Below are positions 53,212-62,601 of a stretch of 64,000 nt of DNA, piece after piece. The notes under the pieces were generated by a model. The model was not told where the DNA came from and ran no database searches. It saw only the letters and a program-made list of their open reading frames with translations. This DNA comes from Dermatophilaceae bacterium (GTDB taxonomy: Bacteria; Actinomycetota; Actinomycetes; Actinomycetales; Dermatophilaceae), in NCBI GenBank assembly GCA_046260445.1, contig JBHEPF010000127.1:11688-75687 (forward strand). Direction: 5' to 3'. The position numbers and the translations under genes were made by a program. Positions within the stretch are counted from its first letter, which is position 1. Each line of letters opens with the position of its first letter.

Positions 53212-56200
53212 GTGAGCAACCCCCCCTGGATGGACCGCCCCGACGACGAGAACGGCGAGGGCGCTGAGCGACCCGACGGCACGAGTGGGGACCCGAACGA
53301 GCCCACTGACCCGAAAGAGCCCACTGACCCGACCGCACCCCAGGGACGGCCGGATCGCGGGGCCGGGGATGACCCCATGCGGGACCTCGCGGCACTCTTC
53401 GGGCCCTTCGCGGCAGGTGGCGCCGGGGCCGCCGGTGGCGGAGCCGGTCGGTTCGGCGGCGGCGGCGGCGGTGGTGGGGGAGCACCGCGCGGCCCGCAGG
53501 GTCCGCAGCCACCGCAGGCGCAGCGGACTCGGCGCAGCCCACTGACGGTCACCCTGTTCGCGCTGGCGATCATCGTCATGGTGGTCACGTGGCTGGCCGG
53601 CCTGTGGACGGACCTGCTCTGGTACGACTCGGTGGGCTTCCGCGGGGTCTTCACGACCGTGCTCCTGACCCGCGGACTGCTCTTCATCCTCGGCTTCATC
53701 ATCGTCGCCGGACTAGTGGCGGGATCGATGGCGCTCGCCTACAAGCAACGCCCCATCTATGTCCCGACGACACCGGCTCAGCAGGTCCTCGAGCAGTACC
53801 GTCAGGCCATCGAGCCGGTCCGCCGTCTGTCCATGTATGCGGTGCCGGGAGTCCTCGGACTGCTCGCCGGGTCGGCGGCCGCATCCCAGTGGGAGACCTA
53901 CCTCCTCTGGCGCAACGGCGGAGAGTTCGGCGCCACCGACCCGCAGTTCAACCTCGACGTCGGGTTCTACGTCTTCGACCTGCCGTTCTTCCGGTTCATC
54001 CTCGGCTTCGCGACGATCGCCCTCGGGTTGGCCCTCATCGCCGCGCTGGTGACGCACTACATCTACGGCGGGATCCAGCTGCCCGGGCGTGGCCCGACGA
54101 CACGGCTGGCGTTCATCCACGTCGGTGTCCTCGGCGCACTCCTCGCCCTGGTCCGAGCCGGGGTCTACTGGCTGGACCGCTACTCCCTCACCACGAGGGA
54201 GGCCACCCTCATCACCGGCATCACGTACACCGACGCCAACGCGGTGCTGCCGACGAAGGCGATCCTCGCAGCCGCGTCGGTCCTCGTCGCCGGCATGTTC
54301 CTCGCGGCGATCTGGACCCGATCCTGGCGGATCCCGATCGTCGGCGTCGCTCTGCTCACGGTGACCTCGATCGTCGCCGGCGGCATCTACCCGGCACTCG
54401 TGCAGTCGCTGCGGGTGCGCCCCTCCGAGCGCGCGCTCGAGGCGCCGTACATCCAACGCAACATCGACGCCACGCGGACGGCCTTCGGTATCGACGAGAT
54501 CGAGCGAACGGCCTACCAGGCCGTGACCGACGTCGAGGCCGGCCAGCTGCGCCAGGACGCCGAGGTCATCCCCGGCATCCGTCTCATCGATCCCAGCATC
54601 GTCTCGCCGACGTTCCGTCAGTTCGAGAGCCTGCGGCCGTACTACGCCTTCCCGGAGATCCTCGACGTCGACCGCTACGACATCGACGGCGAGAGCGCCG
54701 ACTCGGTCGTAGCCGTGCGGGAGGTCAACCTCGACGGCGTGCCGGTCTCCCAACGGAACTGGGTCAACGACCACACGAACTACACCCATGGCTACGGTTT
54801 CGTGGGCGCCTACGGCAACCGGAAGACGGCCGAGGGCGACCCGATCTTCTTCTCCGGTGGGCTGAGCGACAACACCGAAGCCGGTGAGTTCGAGCCGCGG
54901 ATCTACTTCGGGGAGATCTCCCCGGTCTACTCGGTCGTCGGCGACGTCGAGGGCGCCCCGCCGCGCGAGTTCGACATCCCCGACGATGAGGCCACCGGAG
55001 GCAACCGGACCTACACCTACACGGGCGAGGGAGGCGTCGGCATCGGGAGCTTCTTCCGCAAGGCCGCCTACGCACTCAAGTACCGCGAGCTGAACTTCCT
55101 CCTCTCGGAGTTCGTCACGGGTGGGTCCAAGATCCTCGACCACCGCCCGCCGGCCGAGCGGGTCCAACGGGTGGCCCCGTGGCTGACCCTCGACGGCAAT
55201 GTCTACCCGGCCGTCGTCGACGGCCGGATCCAGTGGATCGTCGACGCCTACACGATGACGGCGAGCTACCCCTACAGCCGCCTCGTCGACCTGCGGACCG
55301 CGACGTCCGACTCGCTCACCGAACGCTCCAACCTCATCACGGCCGGCACGGGACGCATCAACTACGTGCGCAACTCGGTCAAGGCGACCGTCGACGCCTA
55401 CGACGGCTCGGTCACGCTCTACGCCTGGGACACCGAGGACCCCCTCCTACAGGCCTGGTCCAAGACGTTCCCCGGCGCGCTCACACCCTTGTCGGAGATG
55501 TCGGCCGACGTCATGGCCCACGTCCGCTACCCCCAGGACCTGCTCAAGATCCAGCGGCTCATGCTCTCCAGCTATCACGTGACCGACCCGGAGTCGTTCT
55601 ACACCGGTCAGGACTTCTGGGCCGTCCCTGCGGATCCGACGATGGCCAGCCAGGACCAGCCGACGTACTACCAGTCGCTTGCGATGCCAGGGCAGGACAG
55701 CCCGTCCTTCTCGCTCACGACGACGTTCATCCCGACCGGTAGCGGCCGTGAGATCCTGCGTGGGTTCCTGGCCGCCGATGCCGATGCGGGCAACGAAGCG
55801 GGGGTCAAGGCGGAGTCCTACGGCACGCTGCGGCTCCTCGAGCTGCCCCGAGCCTCCGCCGTCGACGGCCCCGGTCAGGTCCAGAACCAGATCGAGGTCT
55901 CGACCGAGCGATCTCAGGATCCGTCCGAGCAGCTCAACCTCAGCCAGTTCATCGCGCAGAACCGCCAGAGCGGTCGCGAGCTGACCTTCGGCAACCTCCT
56001 CACCCTGCCCGTGGGCGGCGGGCTGCTCTACGTCCAACCGATGTACGTCCAGTCCTCGCGGGAGGGCGGCTCCTTCCCGCAGAACAAGGCGACCATCGCG
56101 GTGTTCGGCAAGGAGGTCGCGTGGGGCACGACCCTCGACCAGGCGCTCGACGGTCTCTTCGGCGGCGACGCCGGCGCCAGTGCCGGTGACTCCGACGTCG

Positions 56201-56493
56201 GGACCGACACCGAGACCGACCCGGGTACCGCTGAGCCCGTCGAGCCACGCGACGGAGACGCGGTGGCGCTGGCTCGGGCGCTCGCGGACATCGACCAGGC
56301 CTACGCCGATGGCGAGGCGGCCTTGCGCGCAGGCGACTTCACCGCATACGGGGCGGCGCAGCAGCGACTCCGCGAAGCGATCACCCGGGCGATCGAGGCA
56401 TCGCCCACCGAGGTGCCCGACCCGGCGGACACGGCGACGGACACCGCGACCGAGCCGACCGAGCCGACCGAGGAGGAGACCACCGCTCCCTAG
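53212..56493 (+). CDS. UPF0182-family large integral membrane protein (Rv3193c-like)
   Basis: 1093 aa, GTG start. It has a Gly-rich N-terminus, about 7 TM helices, a large extracytoplasmic domain, and an acidic T/E/P-rich C-terminus. Confidence 0.85.
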   Translation: MSNPPWMDRPDDENGEGAERPDGTSGDPNEPTDPKEPTDPTAPQGRPDRGAGDDPMRDLAALFGPFAAGGAGAAGGGAGRFGGGGGGGGGAPRGPQGPQPPQAQRTRRSPLTVTLFALAIIVMVVTWLAGLWTDLLWYDSVGFRGVFTTVLLTRGLLFILGFIIVAGLVAGSMALAYKQRPIYVPTTPAQQVLEQYRQAIEPVRRLSMYAVPGVLGLLAGSAAASQWETYLLWRNGGEFGATDPQFNLDVGFYVFDLPFFRFILGFATIALGLALIAALVTHYIYGGIQLPGRGPTTRLAFIHVGVLGALLALVRAGVYWLDRYSLTTREATLITGITYTDANAVLPTKAILAAASVLVAGMFLAAIWTRSWRIPIVGVALLTVTSIVAGGIYPALVQSLRVRPSERALEAPYIQRNIDATRTAFGIDEIERTAYQAVTDVEAGQLRQDAEVIPGIRLIDPSIVSPTFRQFESLRPYYAFPEILDVDRYDIDGESADSVVAVREVNLDGVPVSQRNWVNDHTNYTHGYGFVGAYGNRKTAEGDPIFFSGGLSDNTEAGEFEPRIYFGEISPVYSVVGDVEGAPPREFDIPDDEATGGNRTYTYTGEGGVGIGSFFRKAAYALKYRELNFLLSEFVTGGSKILDHRPPAERVQRVAPWLTLDGNVYPAVVDGRIQWIVDAYTMTASYPYSRLVDLRTATSDSLTERSNLITAGTGRINYVRNSVKATVDAYDGSVTLYAWDTEDPLLQAWSKTFPGALTPLSEMSADVMAHVRYPQDLLKIQRLMLSSYHVTDPESFYTGQDFWAVPADPTMASQDQPTYYQSLAMPGQDSPSFSLTTTFIPTGSGREILRGFLAADADAGNEAGVKAESYGTLRLLELPRASAVDGPGQVQNQIEVSTERSQDPSEQLNLSQFIAQNRQSGRELTFGNLLTLPVGGGLLYVQPMYVQSSREGGSFPQNKATIAVFGKEVAWGTTLDQALDGLFGGDAGASAGDSDVGTDTETDPGTAEPVEPRDGDAVALARALADIDQAYADGEAALRAGDFTAYGAAQQRLREAITRAIEASPTEVPDPADTATDTATEPTEPTEEETTAP

Positions 56494-56558
56494 CCCTGGC
56501 GGCGTCGATGCCGCGATTTGGCGCTCCGCACCCGGTCACGTAAAGTACTGACTACCGA

Positions 56559-56635
56559 CGCGGGGTGGAGCAGCTCGGTAGCTCGCCGGGCTCATAACCC
56601 GGAGGTCGCAGGTTCAAATCCTGCCCCCGCTACCA
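56559..56635 (+). tRNA. initiator tRNA-fMet (anticodon CAT)
   Basis: I folded the 77-nt cloverleaf by hand: acceptor CGCGGGG/CCCCGCT, D stem GAGC/GCTC, anticodon stem CCGGG/CCCGG with loop CTCATAA, T arm GCAGG-TTCAAAT-CCTGC, and an encoded CCA. The three G-C pairs at the base of the anticodon stem and the 1:72 mismatch mark an initiator. Confidence 0.9.
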
Positions 56636-56650
56636 ACGCGTCAGCGGATG

Positions 56651-56681
56651 AAGGCCCCCAGCACGATGTGCTGGGGGCCTT
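56651..56681. terminator. perfect 14-bp hairpin between the tRNA and the convergent EIIA remnant
   Basis: AAGGCCCCCAGCAC (56651-56664), loop GAT, GTGCTGGGGGCCTT (56668-56681). There is no T-tract on either strand. Confidence 0.5.
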
Positions 56682-56700
56682 CGCCGTCGAGCCGGTGGGC

Positions 56701-57184
56701 TCACCCCTCCAAGATCGCCCGCACCTCGCCGGTGGAGCGTGCTGCCTCGAGCCGGGCGACCTTCTCCTTGTCGAGGAAGACCTGGGCGATCTTCTGCAAC
56801 AGCCGCAGGTGGTCGTCGCCTGCACCGGCGATGCCGATGACGAACGTCGCCGGCTTGCCCTTCCAGTCGATGGGCTCGTCGAAGCGGACGAACGACATCG
56901 CGCAGCGCCGGATCGAGCCCTTGGCCTCGTTGGTGCCGTGCGGGATGGCCAGTCCGTGGCCCATGAAGGTCGAGACAGGCTTCTCGCGGTCGTGCATCGC
57001 CGCGACGTAGGAGGCGTCGACCGCGCCCGTGGCCAAGCAGGTCGCGGGCCTCGGTGATGGCGTCCTCCAGGTTGGCGGCTGAACCACTCAGACGGATAGC
57101 GTCATCTGCGAGAAGGCTCGAGTCGGTAGGAGGACTGCTGGGGTGCCTGCGCCGTGGTGGACGCGGCCCCTGAGGCGCCAGCAT
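56701..57184 (-). pseudogene. PTS EIIA (mannitol/fructose class, PTS_EIIA_2) gene disrupted by a frameshift
   Basis: The N-terminal homology SSLLADDAIRLSGSAANLEDAITEARDLL is in the frame of ORF 56630..57184. The remainder, TGAVDASYVAAMHDREKPVSTFMGHGLAIPHGT...FVIGIAGAGDDHL, is in the frame of ORF 56701..57087. The frames switch near 57030-57040. No canonical start lies next to the domain. Confidence 0.6.
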
Positions 57185-57198
57185 CGCCGCCGACGAGG

Positions 57199-57312
57199 GT
57201 GGAGGTGCTTGTCAAGGACCCCATCACCGCCCGCATCCCGCTCGAGAACGTGCTCGACGTCTTCGACATCGTCGCCGAGGGCAAGGCGATCAAGGTGACC
57301 GTCGAGCCCTGA
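57199..57312 (+). pseudogene. C-terminal remnant (~37 codons) of an MDR-family polyol/alcohol dehydrogenase
   Basis: My translation is VEVLVKDPITARIPLENVLDVFDIVAEGKAIKVTVEP-stop, which fits the C-terminal pattern of sorbitol/threonine dehydrogenase-type enzymes. Nothing dehydrogenase-like lies upstream in frame (stop at 57127). It overlaps the EIIA remnant. Confidence 0.35.
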
Positions 57313-57395
57313 GGGGTTCCCTCTGCCGCACCCTCGGTGACCCAACGCACTCCGCGACCCCGGCATACCGGGTCGCCGCCGGTATTCTAGCCGGC

Positions 57396-58775
57396 ATGCC
57401 TCTCGAGCCCTCCCTCAGCGAGACCCCATCCGTGACGTCCGACGCCCCACCGAGGCACCGCGTGGTCGTCATCGGGTCCGGCTTCGGCGGGTTGTTCTTC
57501 ACCCAGGCCCTGCGTCGCGCCGATGTCGACATCACCCTCATCGCGCGCACGTCCCACCATCTCTTCCAGCCGCTGTTATACCAGGTGGCCACCGGGATCC
57601 TGTCGCAGGGCGAGATCGCACCGGCGACGCGCGAGATCCTCGCGCGGCAGGAGAACGCCCGGGTCATCCTCGGAGAGGTCACCCGGATCGATGTCGCCAC
57701 CAGGACGGTCACGAGCGAGCTGCTCGGGCAGGAGGTCGTGACGTCCTATGACACTGTCCTCGTGGCCGCCGGCGCCGGTCAGTCCTACTTCGGCAATGAG
57801 CACTTCGCCAGGTACGCGCCGGGAATGAAGAGCATCGACGACGCGCTGGAGCTCCGTGGCCGGATCTTCGGTGCTTTCGAGGCGGCCGAGCTCGCCACGA
57901 CGGAGGACGCGCGTCGTCGACTGCTCACTTTCGTCGTCGTCGGAGCTGGGCCGACCGGCGTGGAGATGGCCGGCCAGATCGCCGAGCTTGCGAGTCGCAC
58001 CCTCAAGCGCGACTTCCGCTCGATCGACCCTCGGTCGGCACGCGTCGTCCTCATCGACGCTGCTCCGGCCGTCCTTGGGGGCTTCGGCGACAAGCTCGGC
58101 GACAAGGCGCGAGAGCGGCTCGAGAGCATGGGGGTGGAGGTGCTGCTCGGAACGATGGTCATCGACGTCGACGCCTCGAGCGTGACGGTGCGCGATCCCG
58201 ATGGTGAGCCGCGTCGGATCGATGCGGTCACCAAGGTCTGGGCAGCCGGAGTCGCCGGCTCCCCCCTGGCCGCTCAGCTGGCGGAGCAGACCGGTGCCGG
58301 ACTGGACCGCGCCGGTCGGATCGAGGTGCAACCGGATCTCACCGTGCCAGGGCACCCTGAGGTGTTCGTCGTCGGTGACATGGCCGCGCTCAAGGACTAT
58401 CCGGGGGTCGCCCAGGTGGCGATCCAGGGAGCCCGCTATGCGGCGGACCAGGTCCGCCGTCGGCTCGCCGGCAAGCCGGCGCGGGGCCCTTTCGAGTACA
58501 AGGACAAGGGCTCGATGGCGACGATCTCGCGCTTCTCGGCTGTCGCGAGCATCGGTCGGTTCCAGTTCGGCGGTTTCGTCGCATGGCTGCTGTGGCTCGC
58601 GATCCACCTCGTCTATATCATCGGCTTCAAGCATCGGGTGACGACCCTGCTGCACTGGGCGGTCAGCTTCCTCGGACGCGGCCGCGCGGAGCGCACCACG
58701 ACCGAGCAGCAGGTCTTCGCCCGCAACGCGATCGACGATCTCGGCGAAGACTACTCACCCACCCTGCCTCGTTAG
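57396..58775 (+). CDS. ndh: type II NADH:quinone oxidoreductase (NDH-2)
   Basis: 459 aa with VVVIGSGFGGL, HLFQPLLYQVATG and a second dinucleotide fold FVVVGAGPTGVEMAG, plus a C-terminal membrane-anchoring helix. Confidence 0.9.
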   Translation: MPLEPSLSETPSVTSDAPPRHRVVVIGSGFGGLFFTQALRRADVDITLIARTSHHLFQPLLYQVATGILSQGEIAPATREILARQENARVILGEVTRIDVATRTVTSELLGQEVVTSYDTVLVAAGAGQSYFGNEHFARYAPGMKSIDDALELRGRIFGAFEAAELATTEDARRRLLTFVVVGAGPTGVEMAGQIAELASRTLKRDFRSIDPRSARVVLIDAAPAVLGGFGDKLGDKARERLESMGVEVLLGTMVIDVDASSVTVRDPDGEPRRIDAVTKVWAAGVAGSPLAAQLAEQTGAGLDRAGRIEVQPDLTVPGHPEVFVVGDMAALKDYPGVAQVAIQGARYAADQVRRRLAGKPARGPFEYKDKGSMATISRFSAVASIGRFQFGGFVAWLLWLAIHLVYIIGFKHRVTTLLHWAVSFLGRGRAERTTTEQQVFARNAIDDLGEDYSPTLPR

Positions 58776-58778
58776 GGT

Positions 58779-60077
58779 GTGTGCATGCCGCTGGACTACC
58801 CCATCCACGACCGCACCCTGGACAACGGGCTGCGCGTCGTCGTCTCCCCGGACCACACCGTTCCCGTCGTCACCGTGAACCTCTGGGTCGGAGTCGGGTC
58901 GCGCCACGAGACGCCCGGTCGGACCGGCTTCGCCCACCTGTTCGAGCACCTCATGTTCCAGGGATCGCGTTCGGTCTCCAGCGGCGAGCACTTCTCGGCG
59001 CTCATGGCGCACGGTGGTCGTGCCAATGCGACGACGTGGTTCGACCGGACCAACTACTTCGAGACGGTGCCCGTCGGCGCCCTCGAGCTCGCTCTCTGGC
59101 TCGAGGCCGACCGCCACGGTCATCTCCTCGACGCCGTCACCCAGGACAACCTCGACAACCAACGCGACGTCGTCAAGGAGGAGAAGCGTCAGCGCTACGA
59201 CAACCAGCCGTACGGCAACGCCCTCACCGACGTCTATGCCGCGACCTTCCCGGTGGAGCATCCCTACAACCACCCGACGATCGGGTCCATGGAGGACCTC
59301 GACGCCGCCAGTCTGGAGGATGTGCACGCCTTCTTCTCGCGGTATTACGCACCGAACAACACCGTGCTCACCCTCGTCGGCGACCTCACGGCGGAGGAGG
59401 GTTTCGCGCTCGCCGAGCGCTACCTCGGCCACCTTGACCACGCGGTCGAGGCACCCCGAGGTCGCAGCGCCCAACTGCCGCCGGTGCCCGGTCCGGTCCG
59501 GGTCGACCGCTTCGAGGATGTCCCGAACGACCGGCTGCACCTCGCGTTCCGACTGCCGGCAGAGGGAGGCGACGACTTCCGTGCGGCATCGTTGGCGCTG
59601 GACTGTGTCGCCGGGCTGGCCTCGTCGCCGATGACGACCAATCTGGTCCGTCGCGAGCAGATCGCCACCTCGATCGGCGCGCACGCCATGGGTTTCGTCG
59701 ACGGATCGTCCCTCGGCCTGCTCGTCGTGGACATCGCCCCCGGGCAGGACGCCGCCGAGGTCGAGGACAAGGTCGCCGCCGAGCTGGCTCGCTTCGTCGA
59801 GGAGGGTCCCAGCGAGGAGCTGCTCGAGGCGGTCAAGGCGCAGGAGGAGCGGTCCTGGCTGTCTGCCCTGGCCAGTGGTGAGGACCGGGCCGATCTCATC
59901 AGCCAGTACACCCTGCTCCATGACGATCCCGGCTACCTCAATGAGGCGCTCGACCACCTGCTCGCCGTCACGCGCGACGACGTTCGGGCGGCCGCCCAAC
60001 AGTGGCTGCAGCCCGACCACCGAGTCTGTGTCGCATACCTGGCGAACGGTTCCGGCGAGGGCGAGGAGGCGGCATGA
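58779..60077 (+). CDS. M16-family zinc peptidase (catalytic subunit, HxxEH)
   Basis: 432 aa. The start is GTG 58779 or ATG 58785. It has the inverted zinc motif in GFAHLFEHLMFQGS and a downstream Glu in EEKRQR. Confidence 0.85.
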   Translation: MCMPLDYPIHDRTLDNGLRVVVSPDHTVPVVTVNLWVGVGSRHETPGRTGFAHLFEHLMFQGSRSVSSGEHFSALMAHGGRANATTWFDRTNYFETVPVGALELALWLEADRHGHLLDAVTQDNLDNQRDVVKEEKRQRYDNQPYGNALTDVYAATFPVEHPYNHPTIGSMEDLDAASLEDVHAFFSRYYAPNNTVLTLVGDLTAEEGFALAERYLGHLDHAVEAPRGRSAQLPPVPGPVRVDRFEDVPNDRLHLAFRLPAEGGDDFRAASLALDCVAGLASSPMTTNLVRREQIATSIGAHAMGFVDGSSLGLLVVDIAPGQDAAEVEDKVAAELARFVEEGPSEELLEAVKAQEERSWLSALASGEDRADLISQYTLLHDDPGYLNEALDHLLAVTRDDVRAAAQQWLQPDHRVCVAYLANGSGEGEEAA

Positions 60078-61468
60078 CCGACCAGGCCCTGCCCGCGTCC
60101 GGCGACGTCGACCCGACCTCGATCCCACGTCCGTCGGTCACCCCGCCCGCGCCGTGGGCCTTCCCCCACCCGACCTCGGACTGGACTCTTGACAACGGAC
60201 TGCGGGTGCTGGCCTACGACGTCCCGGGCCAGTACGTCATCTCGGCCTCCCTCGTCGTGCCCCTCCCGCTGAGCACTGAGCCGCGCGAGGTCGAGGGCGT
60301 CGCATCCCTGATGAGCCAGCTGCTGGACGAGGGGACGGCCCAGCACAGCAGTGAGGAGTTCGCAGGGCTCCTCGAGCGACATGGGATAGCGCTCTCGGCG
60401 ACCGTCAACGACGGCGCCCTCCTGGTCGACCTCGACGTGCCGGTCCGACACCTGACGATGGCGTTCCGGCTCATGACCGAGGCGCTCGCCGAGCCGGCCT
60501 TCCCCGAGGACGAGGTGAGACGCCTTCGCACCGCTCGCCTCGCCGAGATCGAGCAGGAACGGGCGTCCGCCCCCCACCGGGCGTCCCGCGAGCTGATCGG
60601 CACGTTGTGGGCGCCCTACGAGCGTGCCGCGCGGCCGACAGCGGGAGCCGCCTCCACGGTGGCGACCATCACCCCCGACCACGTTCGCGCCTTCCACGCC
60701 GAGCGGGTCGGTCCCGAGGGCGCGGGTCTGGTCCTCGCAGGAGCCCTCGCGGGCGTGAACGTGCGTGCTCTGGTGGAGGCGACCATGGGGGAGTGGCGTG
60801 CCCCGTCGCATACTCCTCCAGCGGCGGCCGTCGCGCCCGACCTGGCCGTCGACGCCGCCCGGGTCGTCCTCGTCGACCGGCCTGGTTCGGTGCAGAGCGA
60901 GATCACGATCGGCTGGCGCGGCCCGGACCGGCACGTGGAGGGGGGCTGGGCACCCTATCCGGTCATCGGCTTCCTCCTCGGCGGGTCGCCGAACGCGCGG
61001 ATCGATGCCGTCCTGCGCGAGGACAAGGGCTACACCTACGGCATGCGCACCGGTGTCCGCCCTCGTCGCGCGGGGGGCCTGCTGCTCACCAGCGGCTCGG
61101 TCCGGGCCGATGCCACGGTCGACTCCCTGCGCATCCTCGCCGACCTGCTCGATCCCGCCCAGGTCGCCTTCACCGAGGACGAGCTGCGCTCCGGTGTCGA
61201 CTTCATCGCCGGAACCGCTCCCGGACGGTATGCCACCGCTGACTCGATCGCGTCCGAGGCCTCCTCCCTCCTCATGGACCGGTTGCCGCTCGACTTCACC
61301 ACGACGACCCGGACGGACACCCTCGCCCTCTCCGTTGAGGACCTGACGGCGGCCTACGCCGGACTGGCGCCCGGCCAGTGGTGCATCGTCGTCGTCGGTG
61401 ATGCATCGGAGTACGCCGACCGAGTGCGAGAGCTCGGGATCGGGGACGTGTCGGTCGTCGCGAACTAG
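60074..61468 (+). CDS. M16-family peptidase-like protein (non-catalytic partner, no HxxEH)
   Basis: Track ORF 60002..61468. The ATG at 60074 overlaps the upstream stop (ATGA). It has an M16 fold-like sequence but lacks the zinc motif. Confidence 0.8.
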   Translation: MTDQALPASGDVDPTSIPRPSVTPPAPWAFPHPTSDWTLDNGLRVLAYDVPGQYVISASLVVPLPLSTEPREVEGVASLMSQLLDEGTAQHSSEEFAGLLERHGIALSATVNDGALLVDLDVPVRHLTMAFRLMTEALAEPAFPEDEVRRLRTARLAEIEQERASAPHRASRELIGTLWAPYERAARPTAGAASTVATITPDHVRAFHAERVGPEGAGLVLAGALAGVNVRALVEATMGEWRAPSHTPPAAAVAPDLAVDAARVVLVDRPGSVQSEITIGWRGPDRHVEGGWAPYPVIGFLLGGSPNARIDAVLREDKGYTYGMRTGVRPRRAGGLLLTSGSVRADATVDSLRILADLLDPAQVAFTEDELRSGVDFIAGTAPGRYATADSIASEASSLLMDRLPLDFTTTTRTDTLALSVEDLTAAYAGLAPGQWCIVVVGDASEYADRVRELGIGDVSVVAN

Positions 61469-61494
61469 AGGATCGCAGCGGCGTCACCGCCGCC

Positions 61495-61526
61495 GACCGG
61501 CGGATGGTGGGACCGGCGGATGGTGG
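61495..61526. repeat. perfect tandem duplication of the 16-nt unit GACCGGCGGATGGTGG
   Basis: Copies lie at 61495-61510 and 61511-61526, in the 59-nt gap between the convergent M16 partner gene (stop 61468) and hisN (stop 61528). Confidence 0.85.
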
Positions 61527-61527
61527 G

Positions 61528-62325
61528 TCAGACGGGGTCGGCGGTGCCGATGTAGTCCAGCGCCAGGTCGTGGAGCAGCCCGTTGGTCGCGAGGGCGTTG
61601 CCGCCATGCGGTCCGTCCGTGCCGTTCAGCGAGGTGAACCGACCCCCGGCCTCGGTAACGATCGGGACCAGTGCCGCCATGTCGTACAGGGCCAGCTCCG
61701 GTTCGCAGGCGATGTCGACAGCCCCCTCGGCGAGAAGCATGTAGGACCAGAAGTCGCCGTAGGCCCTGGTCCGCCAGCACGCATCGAGCAGGTCGAGGAA
61801 CCGTTGCCGACGGCCCAGCTCGCGCCAGCCGCCCAGGCTCGAGTAGGAGATGGATGCGTCACCGAGGTGACCGACGTGGGAGACCGACATGCGCCGCGCA
61901 GAGGTGAGACTGCGGCCCGTCCAGGCACCTGATCCCAGGGCGGCCCACCACCGCCGGCCGAGGGCGGGTGCCGCGACCAGGCCGAGGACGGGGGTGTCCC
62001 ACTCGTCGAGCAGGGCGATGAGCGTGGCCCACACCGGCACCCCGCGCACATAGTTGTGGGTGCCGTCGATCGGGTCGACGACCCAGTGCCGCGGGCCCCG
62101 GCCGCTGGTCCCCCCCTCCTCGCCGACGACGGCGTCTCGGGGGCGGGTCCGGGAGAGCTGGCTGCGCAGGATGTCCTCAGCGGCACGGTCGGCGTCGGAG
62201 ACCAGCGTCAGGTCGGGCTTGGTCTCGACGACGAGGTCGTCGGCGGTGAACCGGGCCATGGTCGTGCCCTCGACGGCATCGGCCAGGACGTGGGCGAGCC
62301 GCAGGTCGTCGTCATAGGCGGGCAC
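61528..62325 (-). CDS. hisN: inositol-monophosphatase-fold histidinol-phosphatase
   Basis: Track ORF 61528..62412. The GTG at 62325 gives VPAYDDDLRLAHVLAD. IMPase motifs present: VGEEGG, WVVDPIDGT and DFWSYMLLAEGAVD, typical of actinobacterial HisN. Confidence 0.7.
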   Translation of the reverse strand: MPAYDDDLRLAHVLADAVEGTTMARFTADDLVVETKPDLTLVSDADRAAEDILRSQLSRTRPRDAVVGEEGGTSGRGPRHWVVDPIDGTHNYVRGVPVWATLIALLDEWDTPVLGLVAAPALGRRWWAALGSGAWTGRSLTSARRMSVSHVGHLGDASISYSSLGGWRELGRRQRFLDLLDACWRTRAYGDFWSYMLLAEGAVDIACEPELALYDMAALVPIVTEAGGRFTSLNGTDGPHGGNALATNGLLHDLALDYIGTADPV

Positions 62326-62601
62326 GCACCGCAATCTACCCGTCGGGGACCGGACGGCGGTGCACCGACGGAGGCTCACTGCGCAGCAGAGTGTCCGAGC
62401 CCGGCCAGACACGGCTGGGGCACGGATTGGTCACAGTTGGGTCTCGACTGCCGTGCCGGTGACGTGGGAGCGGTCGGCGAGAGGTTACATAAGACTGCTG
62501 TGCGTATGTGCAGTGACGCGGAGACCGGCCTCACCAAGGGCAGTCGTCCGACGCCTGATCCCGGGGACCCCCGAGATCGACTCGAATCAAGGAGGACATC
62601 C

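Noticed and set aside
56636-57400. Integrated element at the tRNA-fMet 3' end
   Set aside because: I looked for a direct repeat of the tRNA 3' segment (TTCAAATCCTGCCCCCGC) and for an integrase downstream. Neither is present, so only gene decay is reported.
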